Below are positions 57,555 through 64,000 of a stretch of DNA of 64,000 bases, in pieces (positions within the stretch are counted from its first letter, which is position 1; every line of letters begins with the position of its first letter). The position numbers were made by a program, and so were the translations under genes. The notes beneath the pieces were generated by a model, which had not been told where the DNA came from, ran no database searches, and was given only the letters and a program-made list of their open reading frames with translations. Source of the stretch: the human T2T-CHM13v2.0 reference genome, Homo sapiens; the NCBI RefSeq assembly GCF_009914755.1, contig NC_060931.1; one strand, given 5' to 3'.

Positions 57555-59836
57555 TGATATGATTTGGCTGTGTCCCTACCCAAATCAATTCTTGAATTGT
57601 AGTTCCCATAATCCCCATGTGTCATGGGAGGGACTCAGAGGAAGACAATTGAATCTTGGGGTCGGTTACCCTCATGCTACTGTTCTCATGTGAGTGAGTG
57701 AGATCTCAAGAGGTCTGATGGTTTTATAAGGGGCTTCCCCCTTCACTTCACTCTCATTCTCTCTCCTGACACCGTATGAAGAGGTGTCTTTTGCAGTAAG
57801 TTTCCTGAGGCCTCCCAAGCCATGCAGAGCTGTGAGTTGATTAAACTTATTTCCTTTATCAATTACCAACTGTCAGGTATTTCTTTATACCAGTGTGAGA
57901 ATGGACTAATACAGTAAACTGGTACTAGTAGAGTGAGGTATTGCTATAAAGATACCCCAAAATGTGGAAGTGACTTTGGAACTGGATAACAAGCAGAGGT
58001 TGGAACAGTTCAGAGGACTCAGAAGAAGACAGGCAAATATGTGAAAATTTGGACCTTCCTAGAGATGTGTTGAATGGTTTTGACCAAAATGCTGATATGG
58101 ACGATGAAGTCCAGGCTGAGATGCTTAGATGGACATGAGAAACTTATTTGGGACTGGAGCACAGGTGACTCCTGCTATGCTTTAGCAAAGCAACTGGTGG
58201 CATTTCACCCCTTCCCTAGAGATCTGTGGAATTTTGAACTTGAGAAACATGATTTAGGGTATCTGGCAGAAGAAATTTCTAAGAAGCAAAGTTTGACTTT
58301 GGTGCTTGTAAAAACATTCAATTTTATTCATTCACAAATACATGCTTTGGAATTGCAACTTATATTTAAAAGGGAAGCAGAGCATAAAATTTCAGAAAAT
58401 TTGCAGTCTGATGATACAATAGCAAAGAAAAATCCATTTTCTGAGGAGAAAGATAAGCCAGCTGCAAAAATTTGCATAAATAATGAGGAGCCAAGTGTTA
58501 ATTGCCAATACAGTGGGGAAAATGTCTCCAGGGCATGTCAGAGGTACTCACAGCAGCCTCTCCCATCACAAGCCTGGAGGCCTAGGGGGAAAAATGGTTT
58601 TGTGAGCCAGCAGTCTTGGGACTTGGAACCCTGCTTCCCAGCTGTGGCTAAAAGGGGCCAATGTACAGCTCAGGCCATTGCTTCAGAGGGTGCAAGCCCC
58701 AAGCCTTATCAGCTTACTCATGGTGTTGGGCCTGTGGGTGTACAGAAGTCAAGAACTGAGGTTTGGGAGTCTCCTCCTAGATTCAGAGGATATATGGAAA
58801 TGCCTGGATATCCAGGCGGAAGTATGCTGCATATATGCAGTCCTCATGGAGATCCTTTACTAGGACAGTACAGAAGGGAAATGTGGGGTTGGAGCCCCCA
58901 CAGAGAGTCCTCACTAAGGCACTGCCTATTGGAGCTGTGAGAAGAGGGCCACTGTCCTTTATACCCCAGAATTCTTGATCCACTGAGAGCTCGCATTGTG
59001 CATCTGGAAAAGCCAAAGCCACTCAACACCAGCTTGTGAAAGTAGCCAGGAAGGGGGATGTACCCTGCAAAGCTACAGAAGTGGAGATGCCCAAGACTAT
59101 GGGAACCCAACTCTTGTGTCAGTGTGACTTGGATGTGAGATAAGGAGTCAAAGGTGATCATTTTGGAACTTTGAGATTTGAATGCCCCACTGGACTTCAG
59201 ACTTACATGGGGGCCTGTAGCCTCTTAATTTTGGCCAATTTTTTCCCATTTAGAATGGGTATATTTACCCAATACCTGTACCCCCATTGTATCTAGGAAT
59301 TTGCTTTTGATTTTACAGGCTCATAGGTGAAAGGGACTTGCCTTGATGAGACTTTGGACTTGGATTTTTGAGTTAACACTGGCATGAGTTAAGACTCCAG
59401 TGGACTGTTGGAAGGGTGGGATTGTGTTTTGAAATGTGAGGACGGTGAGGACATGATGTTTGGAGGGGCCAGGGGTGGAATGATCTTGTTTGGCTGTGTC
59501 CCCACCCAAATTTCATCTTGAAATGTAATTCCCATAATCCCCATGTGTTATGGGACAGAGCTGGTGGGAGGTAATTGAATCATGGGGGCAGTTACTCCCA
59601 TGCTGTTCTTCTCCAGGAGTGTGTTCTCAAGAGAGCTGATGGTTTTATAAGCGGCTTCCCCCTTTGCTCTCATTGTCTTTCCTGCCAGCCTGTGAAGAGG
59701 TGCCTTCCACCATTATTGTAAGTTTCCTGAGGTCTCCCCAGCCATATGGAACTGTGAGTCAATTAATCCTTTTTTTCTTCATAAATTATCCCGTCTCAGG
59801 TATTTCTTCATAGCAGCATGAGAACAAACTAATTCA
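57555..59836 (+). mobile_element. Complete THE1 (THE1D/C-like) MaLR provirus: LTR-int-LTR
   Basis: 5' LTR 57555-57913 (tgatatgatttggctgtgtcc...ggactaataca); ~1.57 kb internal region; polypurine tract ggaggggccaggggtggaa 59462-59480; 3' LTR 59481-59836; flanks ttacc/tttcc (4/5 TSD). Confidence 0.95.
58074..58940 (+). pseudogene. THE1 internal (MaLR) ORF remnant, 288 open codons
   Basis: Contains GDSCYALAKQLVAF..PRDLWNFELE..DLGYLAEEISK, characteristic of the MaLR internal ORF. Confidence 0.7.
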
Positions 59837-60925
59837 TTTCCTAACATACAATGATAATTTTTGCTGATTAAGTTTTAATTATTCATCACTACATGTCATC
59901 CTTACTTGGCATTATAGAATACTCTTCATGTGGTCCATGATGTGAAAGTGATTACAATTTTGAAGAGAGAACATTTATATATTATTAGATCAGTACTTGC
60001 ATGTATATTAGAGAATAAATATTTCTTGTCTTGTTATTACCATCTATATTGTTTTGTGACTAGGCTTGGAATATATCACAAAATCAAATCAATTGTTATG
60101 CACACAACTTTGGTCACACTATAACTTTGGTGCATGCTTCTCTTGACAAGGTTTCATGCCATTCATCCTTGTTTCTGGGTTATACATGTGTTCATCTCAA
60201 ATCCCTGTTAATGGAAGCCTTCTAAATAAAACTAATTATGTGAGCCTCTATGAACTATACAAATGGACATAGTTTAAACTACCCAGATGAATAATGAAGT
60301 TAATAATGCTATAAATATTATCTGAAGATTAGTGAATATGGTTGCTTTTAATTAAAAAATAAAACAAAAAACATTAATCAGATTAAGATCTGAATTGTCA
60401 AGTTTTACATTCTTTTAGAATCTGTATTAGAAGTGTTTTCATAAAATACATCCCTGAAGTAAATTTACTTCTCTGTGAGCAAAATTTAGTTTTTTAAATC
60501 AGTTATAAATTGTTAGTACTTATTCTCCAGTATCTACTTTTAGATTAAATAGCTGTTTGTTGTTTATATGAAAGAGTAAGGAGATGAATGGTATCTTTAT
60601 AAGGAAGAAAAACATCTGGAACCACAGAGTAAACTCTACATATCATTACAGCCTTGTCCTGTGGAAAAGGCAGATCTTTTCAAATGTCTTGAAAACATTA
60701 TGGTGAGGCTGGTTGTTCTAGAGCTATCTTCTTGTCTTCCTGGTCACTGGCTCATGGTCACGTCTGTTTTTCTGATTTCCTGATGGACTTTCTCACTACA
60801 TTGCTACATAAACCACTAGACTGCACTGTCAATCACATTTGGAAATGTTTTCTGGGATGTGGTTTTTGCATTTTTTTTTCTTTTCTCTCTGGCAGCAAAT
60901 TCAATTCCAGCTAATCTTGCTTCTT

Positions 60926-60969
<44 letters not shown>
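60926..60969. repeat. (GTT)n trinucleotide repeat
   Basis: ~14 units with one GTC; explains the poly-V and poly-T ORFs. Confidence 0.95.
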
Positions 60970-60970
<1 letters not shown>

Positions 60971-61356
60971 CTGGAATAGATTTCTTGGATCGGCTCTCTC
61001 CTTTGGTCTTGGTTTGCTTAAATTTAAACATAGCTGGCACTTATTAAATAGAAAATACTGAACAAACTTTTGTTTAAGTTTCCAAAATAATTTCTAAAAT
61101 TATCTCTTATTTTGACTTAACTGTAATACGGATGAAAGCAAGTTAATACTTTCTCATCATTCAATGCTATTGTAGATTTTCTTTTCTTCTTTAACAAGCA
61201 CGTAAGATTCAAATTTTGCTTGTCATTGCTCTTCTATAAGCATGTAATTTTTATAAAGAAAATATATTGTGATTAATGTAAAAATGATACTTAAAATATT
61301 CTTACAGTATTTGCCTAAGCATTTTGCACAATGTGGTCATGTTTTGCCAAAATTTC

Positions 61357-64000
61357 TTTTGTATGTTTATTTATTTTACAAATACAATTGTACATAATAA
61401 ACGTGTATAACATGTTGTTTCAAAATATGTATACATTGTGGAATGACTACATTCATCTAATTAACATATGTAGTAGTTCACATACTTAAAATGTTTTTGT
61501 GGTGAGAACACATAAAATCTACCCTCTTAGCAATTTTCAAGTATATAATATTTTGTTATTACCTACAGTCATCATGTTGTACAATAGATAGCTTGAACTT
61601 ATTTCTCCTATCTGACTGAAATTTTGTTTCCTTAACCAACATCTCTTAACCCTTTTTCCCCCCACCCTCATCCTCTGATAACCATCTTTCTATCCTCCAC
61701 TTTTATGAGGGCAACATTTTTCAATTTCACATTTAAGTGACATCCTGTAGAATTTATCTTGCCCTGCCTAGTGTGGTTCACTAAACATAATGTCCTCAAA
61801 GTTTATCTATGTCAAAAATGACATGATTTCCTTTTTAGAGGCTGAATAGTATTCCATCGTGTATATAACGCATATTCTTTATCCATTTATTCTTTGACAG
61901 ACACTTTGGTTGGTTCCAATCTTTGCTATTGTGAATAATGCTGCAATGAACATGGAAGTGCAGATATCTCTTTGATATGCTGATTTCATTTCTTTTGGAA
62001 ATATGCCTAGTGGTGGGATTGTTGGATCATATGGTAGTTCTGTTTTTGATTTTTGGAGGAACCTCAATTCTGTTTTTCATAATGGCTATACTAATTTACA
62101 CTCTCACCAACTGGGTTCAGTGTTCCCTTTTCTCCATGTCTCACTAACACTTGTTGTCTTTTGTCTTTTTGATAATAACCATTCTAACATTAGTATAGTG
62201 CTAACTCATTGTGGATTTGATTTGCATTTCTCTGATTATTAGTTACATTGAGCATTTTTTTTTCAGATTGCTGTTGACCATTTGTAAATTTTAAGAAATA
62301 TCTATTCAGATTTTTTGACCAATGTTTAATTGGGTTGTTGTCTTACTGTTGAATTATTTGAGTTTCTTGTATATTTTGGATATTAATCCCCTTTAGCACA
62401 TACATGATTTACAGATATTTTTTTCCCATTCTGTAGGTTGTCTGCTTATATTGATGTTTTCCTTGGCTGTGCAGAAGCTTTTTAATTTAACAAAATCCCA
62501 TGTATCTCTTTTTGATTTTGTTTCCTATGCTTTTGAGTTCATATCCAAAAAATTATCACCCAAACAAATGTTATTGAGTTTTGTCCCTATATTCTCTTCC
62601 AGTAGTTTTACAATTTCAGGATTTACATTTATGTATTTAATCTATTTTAATTTGATTGACATGCATATATGGTATATGATGAGGGTCTACTTTCATTTTT
62701 CTGTATGTGGATATTCAGTTGTTCCAGCACCCTTTATTGAACAGACAGTTTTTTCCCCATTGTAAGGTCTTGGCACCTTTCCTGAAAATCAATTTACCAT
62801 AAAAGCATGGACTTATTTCTGGGCTCTCTATTCTGTTTCATCAGTCTGTGTGCTGATTTTATACCAGTACTATGCTGTTTTGATTACTATATCTTTGTAT
62901 TATATTTTGAAGTTAGGGAATGCTTTGCTTCCAGTTTTGTCTTTTTTGTTCCTGATTGCTTTAGATATTCAGGGTCATTTGTGACTGTTTACAAATTTTA
63001 TTTTTTATTTATATGGAAAATGTTATCAGTATTTTGATAAGTATTGCATTGAACCTGTAGATCACTTTGAGTAACAGAGATATTTTAATAACATGATTTC
63101 TCACAATTTGTGAACATAGAATATCTTTTCATTTATTTGCCTTCTTCAGTTTCTTTCATCAATGTTTTATAGTTTCCAGTGTAGAAGTTTTTCACCTCCT
63201 TGATTATTTTTTCCTAAGAATTTCCTTTGATAACTATTGTAAATAGAACTGTTTTCTTTACTTCTATTTCAGATAGTTTGTTGTTAGTATATAGAAATGC
63301 TACTGATTTTTGTATGTTGATTTTATATATTGTAACTTTACTACATTTGTTTATTAGTTTTATCTCTTTTGTCAGTTTTTAAGGTTTTCTATATATAAGA
63401 TCATATTATGTGCAAATAGGGACAATTTAACTTCTTCCTTTCTAATTTGCATACCTTTTATTTCTTTATTTTGCCTAAATATTCTGGCTACAACTTCCCA
63501 TGCTACACTGAATAGAAGTGGTGAGAATGGGCATCCTTGTCTTCTTTCTAATAACAGAGGAAAAGCTTTTAAATTTTCACCCTTAAGTATGATGTTAGCT
63601 GTGGGTTTGTCATATATAGCTCTAATTGTGTTGAGGTATTGTCTTTCTATATCTAATTTATGGAGAGGTTTTATCATGAAAAGACACAGGATTTAATCAA
63701 TTATTTTTCTGAATCTATAGAGATAATCATATGGTTTTCTGTCCTAAAATTTGTTAATGTGGCATATCACATTTATAGATTTGCATATGTTGAACCATTC
63801 ATATATTTCTGAGATCAATCCTACTTTATTGTGGTTAATGATTCTTTTGATATTCTGTTCAATTAAATTTGCTAATATTCTGATGAGGATTTTTGCATCT
63901 ATGTTCATCAGAGATATTGGCCTGTATTTTTTTTCCTGTAATGTCTTTTTCTGGCTTTGGTATCAGGGTAATGCTGGCATATTAAAATGAATTTAGAAGT
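61357..64000 (-). mobile_element. Old LINE-1 (L1MA8-like): 3'UTR plus degraded ORF2, continues past the window edge
   Basis: 3' end aaatatgtatacattgtggaatg...ttgtggtgagaacacataaaatctaccctcttagcaattttcaag; ORF2 pieces ELPYDPTIPPLGIFPK (61879-62067) and [30 protein letters not shown] (63372-63677). Confidence 0.93.

Overview
AT-rich primate (human or great-ape-like) non-coding DNA, either a large intron or a gene desert. I found no recognisable host protein-coding exon, RNA gene or CRISPR array. The window is a layered record of retroelements. The centrepiece is a full-length ~6.0 kb hominoid LINE-1 (L1PA2 or young L1PA3 type) on the minus strand (~27.57-33.62 kb). ORF1 and ORF2 are both full length and in frame, each killed by a single nonsense codon, and the RT also carries D703H. 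The antisense ORF0, its splice donors and the YY1 site are intact. Also present: a complete THE1 (MaLR) LTR-int-LTR provirus (57.56-59.84 kb), an old L1MA8-like element running off the right edge, a twin-primed inverted L1PA fragment, six Alu loci (one three-armed AluS/AluY chimera, one tailless), solo MaLR/ERVL LTRs, L2/MIR/L3 relics and microsatellites. Almost all short ORFs in the track are repeat or chance artefacts. I see no support for a previously undescribed biological system. The best lead is the intact L1 antisense promoter/ORF0 cassette, which points along a + strand transcription unit inferred from repeat orientation. Subfamily names come from recalled consensus motifs, not database searches.
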